The position numbers and the translations under genes are program-made. The notes below the pieces were generated by a model. That model saw nothing but the letters and a program-made list of their open reading frames with translations. It was not told where the DNA came from and did no database searches. Of a stretch of 64,000 nt of DNA, positions 1 to 10,216 are shown piece after piece (within the stretch, counting starts at the first letter, position 1; each line of letters starts with the position of its first letter). The stretch comes from Candidatus Omnitrophota bacterium (GTDB taxonomy: Bacteria; Omnitrophota; Gorgyraeia; Gygaellales; Profunditerraquicolaceae), in contig JAOAET010000055.1 in the NCBI GenBank assembly GCA_026416665.1, positions 2,490 to 66,489 of the forward strand, given 5' to 3'.

Positions 1-478
1 AAGGGGTAGAAGCTCCTAGAATTCCAACAGTTGCTTTTTTTAACTCATTATTTTTCTCTTTGGCTTTTTTAAAAACAGCTTCTAAAGCTGACCACGCTGT
101 AAAGTTAATTCCAGCTGTTATAGGAATCTTTAAATGTTTATAGAAAAAATTTTTTTTCGCGATAAAAAACTGATGGATAACTCCTAAACTGAGTATATGT
201 GCACCTAAGTCAGTTGCTATGAAACTTGCATTAATTAATTCTTCACTTAAGAGTTCCTCCTCTATTTTTTGTGTTGTGTCTTGCCAATAATTAGATAAAA
301 TATAATAAATCTTTAACTGTTCACTTGTGTCTGAAGTAAAAATAAACGGAGAACTGACTAAGAACTTTTTATGGCTTAAAAATTTTGTTGAAAAAAATTG
401 AGTAATTATTTGATATAGTGATAAAACTTTTCTTATCTGTGCAAAATCAATAGGATGGAAAAAATAAACAACTGTTCG
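1..478 (-). CDS. hypothetical protein; only the N-terminal part is in the window, the gene continues past the window start
   Basis: ATG at 478-476 and open minus-strand frame to position 1 (MRTVVYFFHPIDF...ATVGILGASTP). Not in the ORF track because no stop lies in the window. No family recognised. Confidence 0.3.
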
Positions 479-494
479 CATATTATTTTGGAAA

Positions 495-695
495 CTAAGA
501 GAGATTATTTGCAGTTGAGGTAGATAATTTCTGTTTGATCCAGCGGTCTATATATTTTTTGTGAAATCTCCAATCTGTTCCAATTTTAAAACCGGGTATT
601 ATTCCTTTACGAGCATAGCGGTGGACAGTTAAAGGATGAATATGTAAATACTCGGCTACTTCTTTAGTAGTTAAAATTTCTTTCTGTTTTTTCAT
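495..695 (-). CDS. small helix-turn-helix DNA-binding protein (excisionase/MerR-like HTH_17 family)
   Basis: 66 aa; LTTKEVAEYLHIHPLTVHRYARKGIIPGFKIGTDWRF matches the HTH_17 pattern. Confidence 0.6.
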   Translation of the reverse strand: MKKQKEILTTKEVAEYLHIHPLTVHRYARKGIIPGFKIGTDWRFHKKYIDRWIKQKLSTSTANNLS

Positions 696-806
696 TTTTT
701 CCTTTCTTTTAACATATCTAGCTTAACTTAGATTATATAAGTAAAATCAGATAGTGTCAATTAACCAATAATCAAAGAAAGCGAAAAATATAAAAAGATA
801 TTAAAA

Positions 807-1547
807 TCAAGGAATTTGATAATACTTTGCAATACAGTAAAGACCTTTAACAGTTAGATTAGGATCAATAATCTTCGCTTCCTCAGATAGGCAAGATAAA
901 AATTTACTTTGTCCACCTGTTAAAACTACTTTGGAATTGCCGATTTCTTTTTTTATTTTTTTTATTAAGCCGTCAATAAGACAGGTATAGCCAATGACAA
1001 TACCTGATATTATGCTTTCTTGAGTAGATGTACCAATAATTCTTCTGGGCAATCTAAGTTTTACTTTCGGTAGCAAAGCGGTTTTCTCAGCTAAGGCTTG
1101 TAAGCTCATTTCTAAACCAGGTAAAATCATACCACCTAGATATTCCTTTCTTTTAGACACAACATCCAAAGTAATTGCAGTTCCAACATCTACAGTTATT
1201 ACGGGATAACCATAAAGTTGGCAGGCAGCAAAGGCATTTACTAAGCGATCCTGACCAACCTTATGTGGAGGGTGGTAAAGGTTCTTGATAGGCACAGAAA
1301 TATTTTTACCGCAGATTAAAACAGGCACATTCTTGAACTTCTTAAGTGATAAGGAAACTTTTGGGGTAACGTCGGGAACAACACTTGAAATAATCACACC
1401 TTTTATATCAATTTTTAATAGATATTTCTTAAATAATGCTGAGTAATTTTTGCTTTTGGTAGGAATATTGAAACGTTTTTTTAAGGTTGAACCACTAAAT
1501 AAAGCGCAAGTTATATTACTGTTTCCAATATCTACTGCAAATAACAT
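807..1547 (-). CDS. coaX: type III pantothenate kinase
   Basis: N-terminal [10 protein letters not shown] and ASKHA/acetate-sugar-kinase fold motifs; 246 aa. Confidence 0.85.
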   Translation of the reverse strand: MLFAVDIGNSNITCALFSGSTLKKRFNIPTKSKNYSALFKKYLLKIDIKGVIISSVVPDVTPKVSLSLKKFKNVPVLICGKNISVPIKNLYHPPHKVGQDRLVNAFAACQLYGYPVITVDVGTAITLDVVSKRKEYLGGMILPGLEMSLQALAEKTALLPKVKLRLPRRIIGTSTQESIISGIVIGYTCLIDGLIKKIKKEIGNSKVVLTGGQSKFLSCLSEEAKIIDPNLTVKGLYCIAKYYQIP

Positions 1548-3526
1548 GGCGATTTATTTTCTAATGCCTCTTTTAGTCTTTTGATCTCATCACGTATTTG
1601 AGCAGCTTTTTCAAACTGCAGATTACGGCTAGCTAAATCCATCTGATGTTCTAATTCTGCAATATAAGTTCGTAGTTGATATTTGTCTTTTTCTTCACCG
1701 GTTAACTGTTGTACAAATTTCTCTGTTTTATCCCATTGTTCAATACCATCTTTGATGGCTTTTTGTATAGACCGAGGAGTAATTTTATATTTCTTATTAA
1801 AAGCAATCTGTATAGTCCTTCTTCTTTTTGATTCTTCTAGCGCTTTCCGCATTGATTCAGTTACTGTATCTGCATACATAATTACTTTGCCATTGATATT
1901 GCGGGCAGCACGGCCAGCTACTTGAATAAGAGAAGTTGTCGAGCGTAAAAAACCCTCTTTATCTGCATCAAGAATGGCTACTAAAGATACTTCCGGTAAA
2001 TCAATGCCTTCTCTTAGTAAGTTTATTCCAACCAAACAGTCAAATTCTTTACTTCGTAGTTGCCGGATTATTTTTTCACGTTCAATTGTTTGAATTTCAG
2101 AGTGTAAATATTTTACTCTCAATCCTGCCTGTTGTAAATATTGACTTAAGTCCTCTGCCATGCGTTTGGTAAGAGTGGTAACAATTACCCGTTCATTCCT
2201 AGAGGCGCAGATTCTGATTTCCCTTACCAAATCTTCTATTTGATGGTTAGTGGGTTTAATAATAATCTCTGGATCGACTATTCCAGTTGGTCGCACAAGT
2301 TGTTCTACAATGAACCCTTTGCTTTTCTTTAATTCATATTCAGCTGGGGTTGCCGAAACAAAGATAGTCTGACCGATAAGTTTCTCGAATTCGTCAAAAC
2401 GTAATGGACGATTATCTAAACAAGAAGGTAGACGAAATCCATATTCAACTAAAACCTCTTTTCTTGATTTATCTGCTTCATACATACCCCTAAGTTGCGG
2501 AATGGTAACATGAGATTCATCTATAATTACAACAAAGTTTTTAGGAAAATAATCTATTAGACACCAGGGACGGCTCCCTGGTGGTCTTCCGGATAGGTGG
2601 CGAGAATAATTCTCAATTCCATGACAATAACCTAGCTGACGAAGCATTTCCATATCATAGCGTGTTCTTTGGTTAAGTCTTTGTGCCTCTAAGAATTTAT
2701 TTAGTTTTTTGAAATAATCAAGACGCTCTTGTAATTCCTCTTCTATAGATTTTAATGCCATAGCAATTTTATCAGAGGCAACTAGAAAATGCTTAGCAGG
2801 ATATATAGCAATCTTCTCAAGTAAGGTGATTTTATTTCCTGAGATAGGATCAAGGAAAAATATTTTTTCTATTGTATCAGCAAAAAATTCTATTCGGATG
2901 GCAGTTTCTTTATAAGCAGGGAAAATGTCAACAACATCTCCTCTTACCCGTATTTTTCCACGGTTAAAGTCATAGTCATTACGTTCGTATTGAATTGAGA
3001 TAAGCTTACTAATAAGTTCATCACGATCAATTTTTTGCCCTCTTTTTACATAAACGACCATCCCTTCATATTCTTCAGGGGAGCCAAGATTGTATATACA
3101 TGATACAGAGGCAACGATTAATACATCCTGCCGGCTCATCAATGAACTTGTAGCAGAAAGACGCAAGCGGTCAAGGCGATCATTAATAGAAGAATCTTTT
3201 TCAATATAAGTATCTGTTGCTGGTATATAAGCTTCGGGTTGATAATAGTCATAATAGGAGACAAAATATTCAATGGCATTTTCAGGGAAAAATTCCTTAA
3301 ATTCAGAGTAAAGTTGTGCTGCTAATGTTTTATTGTGGGAAATAACTAAAATAGGTCGGTTGATTTTTTCAATAACATTGGCAAGTGTAAAAGTTTTTCC
3401 AGAACCGGTTACTCCCAGAAGTGTTTGAAATTGTCTACCTGATTTAAGGTATTCAACCAACTTTTTTATTGCCTGCGGTTGATCCCCACAGGGTTTGAAT
3501 TTTGAAACAAGTTTAAATTTTTCCAC
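1532..3526 (-). CDS. uvrB: excinuclease ABC subunit B
   Basis: 664 aa; [22 protein letters not shown] Walker A, helicase motifs, C-terminal UVR coiled coil. Confidence 0.95.
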   Translation of the reverse strand: MEKFKLVSKFKPCGDQPQAIKKLVEYLKSGRQFQTLLGVTGSGKTFTLANVIEKINRPILVISHNKTLAAQLYSEFKEFFPENAIEYFVSYYDYYQPEAYIPATDTYIEKDSSINDRLDRLRLSATSSLMSRQDVLIVASVSCIYNLGSPEEYEGMVVYVKRGQKIDRDELISKLISIQYERNDYDFNRGKIRVRGDVVDIFPAYKETAIRIEFFADTIEKIFFLDPISGNKITLLEKIAIYPAKHFLVASDKIAMALKSIEEELQERLDYFKKLNKFLEAQRLNQRTRYDMEMLRQLGYCHGIENYSRHLSGRPPGSRPWCLIDYFPKNFVVIIDESHVTIPQLRGMYEADKSRKEVLVEYGFRLPSCLDNRPLRFDEFEKLIGQTIFVSATPAEYELKKSKGFIVEQLVRPTGIVDPEIIIKPTNHQIEDLVREIRICASRNERVIVTTLTKRMAEDLSQYLQQAGLRVKYLHSEIQTIEREKIIRQLRSKEFDCLVGINLLREGIDLPEVSLVAILDADKEGFLRSTTSLIQVAGRAARNINGKVIMYADTVTESMRKALEESKRRRTIQIAFNKKYKITPRSIQKAIKDGIEQWDKTEKFVQQLTGEEKDKYQLRTYIAELEHQMDLASRNLQFEKAAQIRDEIKRLKEALENKSPCYLQ

Positions 3527-3581
3527 AGTAATTAAGCCTTGGAAATAAAAGATTAGTGTCTATGAGAAAAGTATTTAGATT

Positions 3582-4469
3582 CTATCCAACGATATCCATC
3601 CCAATATCTATAGATTTAACAGAGTGGGTAAGTTCGCCAATAGAGATAATATCCACACCTGTTTCTGCAACTTGACGAACATTTTTTAAAGTAATTCCAC
3701 CCGACGCCTCAAGAAGCGTTTTAGGATGGTGGGATTTAGAGAAGTCAATACTATCACGGATTTTTACCGCTTCTTTTATATCTTCAATCGACATGTTATC
3801 TAACATAATGATATCGGGTTTAAATTTCAATGCATGCTTAAACTGCTCTAGGTTTTCCACTTCAATCTCAATCTTAAAGCCTTTAGGAACACTAGGAAGC
3901 TTCTGAATCCCTTGAGCGATTTGAATATGGCTGTCTTTAATGAGTATCATTTCATCGAGGCTAATTCTGTGGTTGACTCCATCGCCTATTCTTACTGCGT
4001 ATTTCTGAAGTTCCCTTAAACCAGGCATTGTTTTACGAGTATCGGTTATTTTTACTTTAAGAGGTTCTATTGCATCTACATACTCTCTTGTTTTAGTGGC
4101 AATACCTGAGAGCATACCGAGAAAATTTAATGCTACACGTTCAGCATGTAAGATATGTCGTGCATTACCTGTGACTTCAGAAATTACAGCATTGGGTTTA
4201 AGACGTTGACCCTCTTTTGCTTTTTCAATGAAGTTAATATTTTTATCCACCAGTTCAAATACTCTCTTTGCAATAGGAATACCACAGACTACACAATCTT
4301 GTTTTGTGATAATCTTAGCATGCGTTATTTTATTTTCGGGAATAGTTAGTTGGGTTGTGATGTCGCCACGACCGATATCCTCAATAAGGGCATGTCGGAT
4401 AATCGCATCAACATTGTTCCAGTTTAATTCTAGCTTTTTGTTAGTTATTGATTGTTTAATTGAGTGCAT
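3582..4469 (-). CDS. nadC: nicotinate-nucleotide pyrophosphorylase (carboxylating)
   Basis: 295 aa QPRTase family; ISLDEMILIKDSHI and MLDNMS motifs. Confidence 0.85.
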   Translation of the reverse strand: MHSIKQSITNKKLELNWNNVDAIIRHALIEDIGRGDITTQLTIPENKITHAKIITKQDCVVCGIPIAKRVFELVDKNINFIEKAKEGQRLKPNAVISEVTGNARHILHAERVALNFLGMLSGIATKTREYVDAIEPLKVKITDTRKTMPGLRELQKYAVRIGDGVNHRISLDEMILIKDSHIQIAQGIQKLPSVPKGFKIEIEVENLEQFKHALKFKPDIIMLDNMSIEDIKEAVKIRDSIDFSKSHHPKTLLEASGGITLKNVRQVAETGVDIISIGELTHSVKSIDIGMDIVG

Positions 4470-7179
4470 TTCTAACCGCCTTTAGTTTAAGAATAATTTG
4501 TTGAAGTTCATTTAACCTGTTTTTTTCCTTTTCTACAACCTCTTTTGGAGCTTTAGCTATAAAATCCTTATTTTCTAACATTCGCTTTTTTTGTTCTATT
4601 TCTTTTTCAACTTTATTTATTCTTTCTTCTAATTTCTTCTTTTCTTTTTCAACATCTACTAAACCTTTCAATGGGATGACTACATGAATTGTTTTAATGA
4701 TATTGGTCATTGTATAATCTTGATGTTTATAATTAAGTAAAATTTTAAGGTCCTTTATTTTTGCCAGACGTTTAAGTTGCAGAGAGAGTGATTCGAAAAA
4801 CATAGCTTGTTGTTTTGTTTCAGCATAAATAACTAATGGTATTTCAGTCTGTGGTAAGATTCCAATCTCAGCACGCATTGTTCTAATACCTGCAACAACT
4901 TCAAAGAACGTTGACATTGTTTCATCTAATTTTTTATCAATGAATTTCTCATCGGCTTGGGGCCATTTTTCTAGTATTAGAAATTTATCAGATTGGTTTA
5001 GTTTATGCCAAATTTCTTCGGTGATAAATGGCATAAAAGGATGCAACAACCGTAGAAATTGTTCCAATACACAAAATAATGTTTTTTGGTTTTGTGTATT
5101 TTTTATATCTGGTTTTATCATCTCTAAATACCAGTCACAGAACTCATGCCAGAAAAACTGATAAAGTTTATTTAGTGCGTCGTTAAAACGATATACATCA
5201 AGATTTTTAGTTACCTGTTTTATAGTTAAGTTTAATCTGCTTAAAATCCAACGATTAATAATATCTAGGTTTTCTTTATTATAAGCAGATATTTGTTCTT
5301 TATCGTTTAAATAAAAATTAAGTAAACAGAATCTTGCAGCATTCCAAATTTTGTTAGCGAAGTTTCTGCCTTGTTCAAAACGTTCTTTTGATAAATAGAC
5401 ATCCTGACCTTGAGCTGTAATCATAATCAAGCTTGCGCGTAAGGCATCTGCACCGTATTGTGCAATAATTTCTAAAGGGTCAATAATATTGCCTAGGGAT
5501 TTAGACATTTTCTTGCCTTCAATATCCCTGACAGTGCCGTGTATATATACGTCACGAAAAGGAATATCTTTAATAAATTCAAAACCGGCCATAATCATCC
5601 GTGCAACCCAAAAGAAAATAATTTCCTGAGCAGTGACTAAAACTGAAGTTGGATAAAAATATCTAAGTTCCTGTTGTTTTTTCTTTGTTTCTTCATTCTG
5701 ATAAGAAAATGGCCAGCCGAAGGTAGCAAACGGCCACAACCAGGATGAAAACCAGGTGTCTAGTACGTCTTCTTCTTGAAAGATATCTTTTGACCCACAG
5801 ACAGGACAACTGTCAGGTTTTTCTTTTGAGACAATCAAAGGACAATTTGAAATTTCCTTATCGATAGGTTTTCTTTCAGCTTCCGCAGATTGACAAGCAC
5901 GACAATAATAGACTGGAATACGATGCCCCCACCAGATCTGTCTTGATATACACCAGTCTTGTATATTTTCCATCCAATTAAGATATACTTTTTTCCAACG
6001 AGCAGGATAAAACTTTATTTTACCATCTTTTACCGCTTTAATAGCTGGTTCTGCTAATGGTCGCATTTTCACGAACCATTGTTTGGAAAGGTATGGTTCG
6101 ATGATGGTATGGCACCGATAGCAGTGGCCTACAGAGATAGTATAAGGTTCTATCTTTTCTAAAAGCCCTTTTTTCTTTAACTCCTCTACAATTACTTGTC
6201 GGGCTTCAAAACGGTCCATATTATAAAAGTGACCTGCTTGTTCATTCATTCTGCCATCAGGATTCATTACACAATTAAAATCTAGTTTATGCTTTTTAGC
6301 TATAATATAGTCATTAGGGTCATGGGCAGGGGTAATCTTTACAGCGCCTGTTCCGAATTTTTTGTCAATTGATTGGTCTGCGATAATTTTTATTGTTCTA
6401 TTAACCAGAGGTAAAAGTAGTTTTTTCCCAATTATACTTTTGTAACGTTTGTCAGAAGGGTTAACTGCAACAGCGCTGTCACCAAGCATTGTCTCTGGAC
6501 GTGTTGTAGCTACCACAATAAATTTTTCTGGATTATCTACAAAAGGATAGCGAAGATAATATAAATACCCTTCTATTTGCTGATGAGGTGCTTCTTCATC
6601 CGCTAAAGCTGTCTGACAGCGTGGACACCAATTAATGATATAATTCCCCTGATAGATAAGACCTTTATTATATAAGCGAACAAAAACTTCCTTAACAGCA
6701 TCTGAATATTCATCATCCATAGTAAAACGAAGACGTTGCCAATCACAGCTTGCACCCAAGGTTTTGAGTTGCCGGATAATAGTTGAGCCATACTGTTCTT
6801 TCCATTGCCAGACGCGTTCTAAGAATTTTTCTCTTCCCAAATCCTGACGTCTTAATCCTTCTTTAGCAATAGCTTTTTCTACTACATTTTGGGTAGCAAT
6901 ACCTGCATGGTCGGTTCCCGGCATCCAAAGAGTCTCTTCTTGTTTCATTTTGTGGTAGCGTATAAGTATATCTTGAATAGTATTATTTAAGGCATGTCCC
7001 ATATGTAGAATGCCAGTAACGTTAGGAGGGGGTATGACAATGCAAAAAGGTTTTTTGTTGGGGTTATATCTTGCAGAAAAAAGATGGTTTTCTTCCCAAA
7101 GTTTATACCAGCGCTGTTCCACTTCTTTGGGATTATATGCTTTTGCTAAGTCAACTGTAGAATTATTACGCTCTAACAT
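4456..7179 (-). CDS. valS: valine--tRNA ligase
   Basis: 907 aa; HMGH (HIGH) and KMSKS motifs, C-terminal coiled coil. Confidence 0.95.
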   Translation of the reverse strand: MLERNNSTVDLAKAYNPKEVEQRWYKLWEENHLFSARYNPNKKPFCIVIPPPNVTGILHMGHALNNTIQDILIRYHKMKQEETLWMPGTDHAGIATQNVVEKAIAKEGLRRQDLGREKFLERVWQWKEQYGSTIIRQLKTLGASCDWQRLRFTMDDEYSDAVKEVFVRLYNKGLIYQGNYIINWCPRCQTALADEEAPHQQIEGYLYYLRYPFVDNPEKFIVVATTRPETMLGDSAVAVNPSDKRYKSIIGKKLLLPLVNRTIKIIADQSIDKKFGTGAVKITPAHDPNDYIIAKKHKLDFNCVMNPDGRMNEQAGHFYNMDRFEARQVIVEELKKKGLLEKIEPYTISVGHCYRCHTIIEPYLSKQWFVKMRPLAEPAIKAVKDGKIKFYPARWKKVYLNWMENIQDWCISRQIWWGHRIPVYYCRACQSAEAERKPIDKEISNCPLIVSKEKPDSCPVCGSKDIFQEEDVLDTWFSSWLWPFATFGWPFSYQNEETKKKQQELRYFYPTSVLVTAQEIIFFWVARMIMAGFEFIKDIPFRDVYIHGTVRDIEGKKMSKSLGNIIDPLEIIAQYGADALRASLIMITAQGQDVYLSKERFEQGRNFANKIWNAARFCLLNFYLNDKEQISAYNKENLDIINRWILSRLNLTIKQVTKNLDVYRFNDALNKLYQFFWHEFCDWYLEMIKPDIKNTQNQKTLFCVLEQFLRLLHPFMPFITEEIWHKLNQSDKFLILEKWPQADEKFIDKKLDETMSTFFEVVAGIRTMRAEIGILPQTEIPLVIYAETKQQAMFFESLSLQLKRLAKIKDLKILLNYKHQDYTMTNIIKTIHVVIPLKGLVDVEKEKKKLEERINKVEKEIEQKKRMLENKDFIAKAPKEVVEKEKNRLNELQQIILKLKAVRNALN

Positions 7180-7370
7180 ACGTAGGTGCCATTCTGAGTT
7201 ATAGGTTTTTCATAATATTCGCAAGTGTAATTCTTTTCGGTAAGCACACCAAGTTGTTCTGCTAACTTATCAGCCAGTTTAAGGCATCCACTTCCCTTTA
7301 TCCCTTTTACTTGCAGTTTTACCTCTCCTTCTTCGGAAATAAATAGTTCTATCTCATGTTTCTGTGCCAT
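7173..7370 (-). CDS. DUF2997-like small protein
   Basis: 65 aa; GIKGSGCL...EYY pattern typical of DUF2997; overlaps valS start by 7 nt. Confidence 0.45.
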   Translation of the reverse strand: MAQKHEIELFISEEGEVKLQVKGIKGSGCLKLADKLAEQLGVLTEKNYTCEYYEKPITQNGTYVC

Positions 7371-7387
7371 TTTAGTCCCTTTTTATT

Positions 7388-7777
7388 CTAAGTCCATTTA
7401 CGAGCAACTAAACGAATGGTATTATACGCTATTTTTTCTTCTTCTGCAATAATATAACCTTGCTTTTTTAACTCTTCAACCACAGTAATATAAGCATACT
7501 TCTGACGGATTTGTTTGATAAAATCATCTTGTTTTTTTAATTGTTCACTATTAAGTCCATGAGAATCCGCAATGATTTGATATTCTCCTTTTTCATTCTT
7601 TTGGAATCCTATAGCCCTACCATTGTCATCGTAAGTAACAAACTCAACAGAGTAAATTCTGCCATCAGTGGTAGCCATACTTTTTATTTGTCTATATTCT
7701 CTACCTAACGCAATAAGTGATTGAATAAGTATAACCGCAAGTCGTATTTGAATTCCTATTCCAAAATGTCCCGACAT
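7388..7777 (-). CDS. DUF1257 (Ycf35-like) protein
   Basis: 129 aa starting MSGHFG, like the MSHFS start of the DUF1257/Ycf35 family. Confidence 0.5.
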   Translation of the reverse strand: MSGHFGIGIQIRLAVILIQSLIALGREYRQIKSMATTDGRIYSVEFVTYDDNGRAIGFQKNEKGEYQIIADSHGLNSEQLKKQDDFIKQIRQKYAYITVVEELKKQGYIIAEEEKIAYNTIRLVARKWT

Positions 7778-7789
7778 AAATTACCTGTT

Positions 7790-8494
7790 TTACTGTGTTA
7801 AATATAAACAGCTACGCACTTGAATAGCTATCCAAAAAAGTAGAGTAACAAGTCCTAAAACACGTAAAATAATCTGGAGTTTTATTTTTCTAATTTCTCT
7901 TTCCTGCTTTTGTCGTTGGTTTTCAATTTTTTCATTGTGTTGGCTTAACCAGTCATTAATTAACTCTTCGCTATAGCCTTCTCTTCTTATACGTTGCATA
8001 AGTTGTTTAATTGGCTCTGGAAGATTTTTATCAGTAGATTTATATATAACACCATCAATCTTTAGGGTAATAATATTTTCTTCAGCTGGTTTTACTTCAC
8101 TTGCGCCGTATAGATTAAAGTCACGACCACATACCCAACAATTTCTTCTTTCTTTTAGGTTAATTGCTCCACAGATACATCTTTTTAAAAGATCCTCCTG
8201 TCCGGTATAATCAGCAATATATTCCGAGTATATTTTACGATGGCAGTTCTGACAGGTTAAGGCGTTTTGACTGTTTTTTTCACCACAGAATGGGCAAGAA
8301 ATGAATCTTTGTTCTTGTTGTCCTGATTTTTCTAATGGACAGACCTTGTCCAGAAGACAGAATTCAACTATATGTTCATTTACTTCTAACCGTTCAAATC
8401 TTCTGTTTAATACAGATTTTTCTAAACAGGAAAAATCTTTTGGGGGACATGATTTGTTTTCAAGCCGTTCAAATCTCTTTAAAGATCTTCTCAT
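7790..8494 (-). CDS. double zinc-ribbon protein with C-terminal transmembrane anchor
   Basis: Two CxxC...CxxC pairs (CPFCG..CQNCH; CICG..CWVCG), repeated RFERLE, C-terminal hydrophobic helix LGLVTLLFWIAI. Confidence 0.5.
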   Translation of the reverse strand: MRRSLKRFERLENKSCPPKDFSCLEKSVLNRRFERLEVNEHIVEFCLLDKVCPLEKSGQQEQRFISCPFCGEKNSQNALTCQNCHRKIYSEYIADYTGQEDLLKRCICGAINLKERRNCWVCGRDFNLYGASEVKPAEENIITLKIDGVIYKSTDKNLPEPIKQLMQRIRREGYSEELINDWLSQHNEKIENQRQKQEREIRKIKLQIILRVLGLVTLLFWIAIQVRSCLYLTQ

Positions 8495-8500
8495 AAAAAA

Positions 8501-10045
8501 TTATAATTCTAATTTCCTCTCTTTACGAACTAATGCTGGCGGAGTAGTAGAACTTGCTGGACGTGCGCGGTCATGTGCCCATAAACGCAGCTTTTCTATT
8601 TCTTCTCTCATTGTTACGGATAAAGGCACACTTAGTTTTATGTTTTTAAGAATGTCTACAGTAGAAAGTTGACGTTCTTGTATAAAGGCATCGTAGAGCC
8701 CTGAGATTATTGCTTGTTCAATCTCTGCTCCACTAAAGCCAGCGGATTCTTCAGCAAGAAGTGGTATATCAAATTGTAAAGGGTCACGATTTCTTTTTCT
8801 TAGATGGATCTGAAATATCTGTTTACGTTCTTCAATGGATGGTAGATCTACAAAGAATATATCATCAAATCTACCTTTTCTTAGTAATTCAGGAGGTAAT
8901 AGAGAAACGGTGTTGGCAGTGGCTATAACAAACACTGGTGAGGTTTTTTCTTGTAACCACGTTAAAAAAGTACTAAATACTCTTGCGGAGGTTCCTGCAT
9001 CAGAAAAAGTGGAGCTTTGTATACCAGAAAGGCCTTTTTCTATCTCATCAATCCACAACACAATTGGTGCAAGTTGTTCAGCTGTTTTAATAGCACGCCT
9101 CATATTTTCTTCTGAAGAACCAACAATTCCAGAAAAAATAGCTCCAATATCTAATCTCAACAAAGGCAATTTCCAGAGACCAGCAACTGATTTTGCAGTT
9201 AGACTTTTACCACAGCCTTGAATCCCAATCAAAAGAAGTCCTTTAGGTTGAGGGATACCAAACTCCTCTGCTTTTTTACTAAAAGATAAACCTCTTTTAA
9301 TTAACCATTCTTTTAAGATATCCAGACCACCAATATTAGAAAATTCCTCTTGTGCTTCATAATACTCTAGAAACTTTGTCTTTCTAATTGCTTGTTTCTT
9401 TTCCTGCAAGATTCTGGGGATGTCCTTTTCACTTAAGGATTTGTCTTCTACGATTGAACGGGCAAAGGCATTTTCTACTTCTTGACGGGTAAGACCAAGT
9501 GCCGCCTTAATAAGTTTTTCCTTAGTTGTGTCATCCAACAAAATTTGAATATCTTGGTTTTTAGATAAAACGGTAATAATACCATTTAATAAATCCGCTA
9601 TCTCTTGGTAATCTGGTAAATCATAATCAATTACTACCAGGTCTTTTTCTAATTCAATAGGAACTGTTAATACCGGTGAAAGCATTATTAAAGTCTCATA
9701 GGTATTCTTAAGGTTTATTACAAGGTCTCGCAGTTTACGGATAATAGTATGGTCACCGAGAAAAGGATGAAAATCAAGTAAAACAATTAATGCCGGATCA
9801 GTCATTCTTTCGATATAACAAAGTGCGTTAAAAGGGTCTCTTGTGGCTTCATCGATTTTTGAAGGGTCATCTTCCAAACTGTGGATTCCTCTACAGATGG
9901 ACCACAAGAGTAACTTCTTTCTTCTTTCTTGAGACATTTCCTTTAATCTTTCCAATACCCGCATTTCTTCCCAGCTTACAATATAGATTAAAGGGTATCT
10001 AGAACGTATTAAAATATCAATTTCTTTATCATTCTTTAACGACAT
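8501..10045 (-). CDS. AAA+ ATPase, Ycf46-like
   Basis: 514 aa; Walker A GIQGCGKS, Walker B IVLWIDEIEK, sensor/arginine finger, long N-terminal domain as in cyanobacterial/plastid Ycf46. Confidence 0.75.
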   Translation of the reverse strand: MSLKNDKEIDILIRSRYPLIYIVSWEEMRVLERLKEMSQERRKKLLLWSICRGIHSLEDDPSKIDEATRDPFNALCYIERMTDPALIVLLDFHPFLGDHTIIRKLRDLVINLKNTYETLIMLSPVLTVPIELEKDLVVIDYDLPDYQEIADLLNGIITVLSKNQDIQILLDDTTKEKLIKAALGLTRQEVENAFARSIVEDKSLSEKDIPRILQEKKQAIRKTKFLEYYEAQEEFSNIGGLDILKEWLIKRGLSFSKKAEEFGIPQPKGLLLIGIQGCGKSLTAKSVAGLWKLPLLRLDIGAIFSGIVGSSEENMRRAIKTAEQLAPIVLWIDEIEKGLSGIQSSTFSDAGTSARVFSTFLTWLQEKTSPVFVIATANTVSLLPPELLRKGRFDDIFFVDLPSIEERKQIFQIHLRKRNRDPLQFDIPLLAEESAGFSGAEIEQAIISGLYDAFIQERQLSTVDILKNIKLSVPLSVTMREEIEKLRLWAHDRARPASSTTPPALVRKERKLEL

Positions 10046-10216
10046 AGAATTTCTTTATTTTAACCGCAATATAAAGAAAGTTTATTTTTCTCATTAATGC
10101 CAATTTTTCTAAGAAGGTCATAAATTTTACTGTTGGTATTTTCAATAAGTAAATTTCCCGATGGTTCAATATAAATTTCTATATAGTGGCTGTATTTAGA
10201 GTTGTTCTTAGAATAA

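Noticed and set aside
1683-2172. Plus-strand ORFs (80 and 78 aa) inside uvrB, and in general all short opposite-strand ORFs nested in long minus-strand genes (for example 4155..4485, 4940..5161, 8301..9221, 12068..12946, 26037..26414, 37560..37838, 43382..43654, 50842..51114)
   Set aside because: They lie entirely antisense within well-supported conserved genes, are low-complexity, and lack RBS or promoter context. They are treated as chance ORFs.
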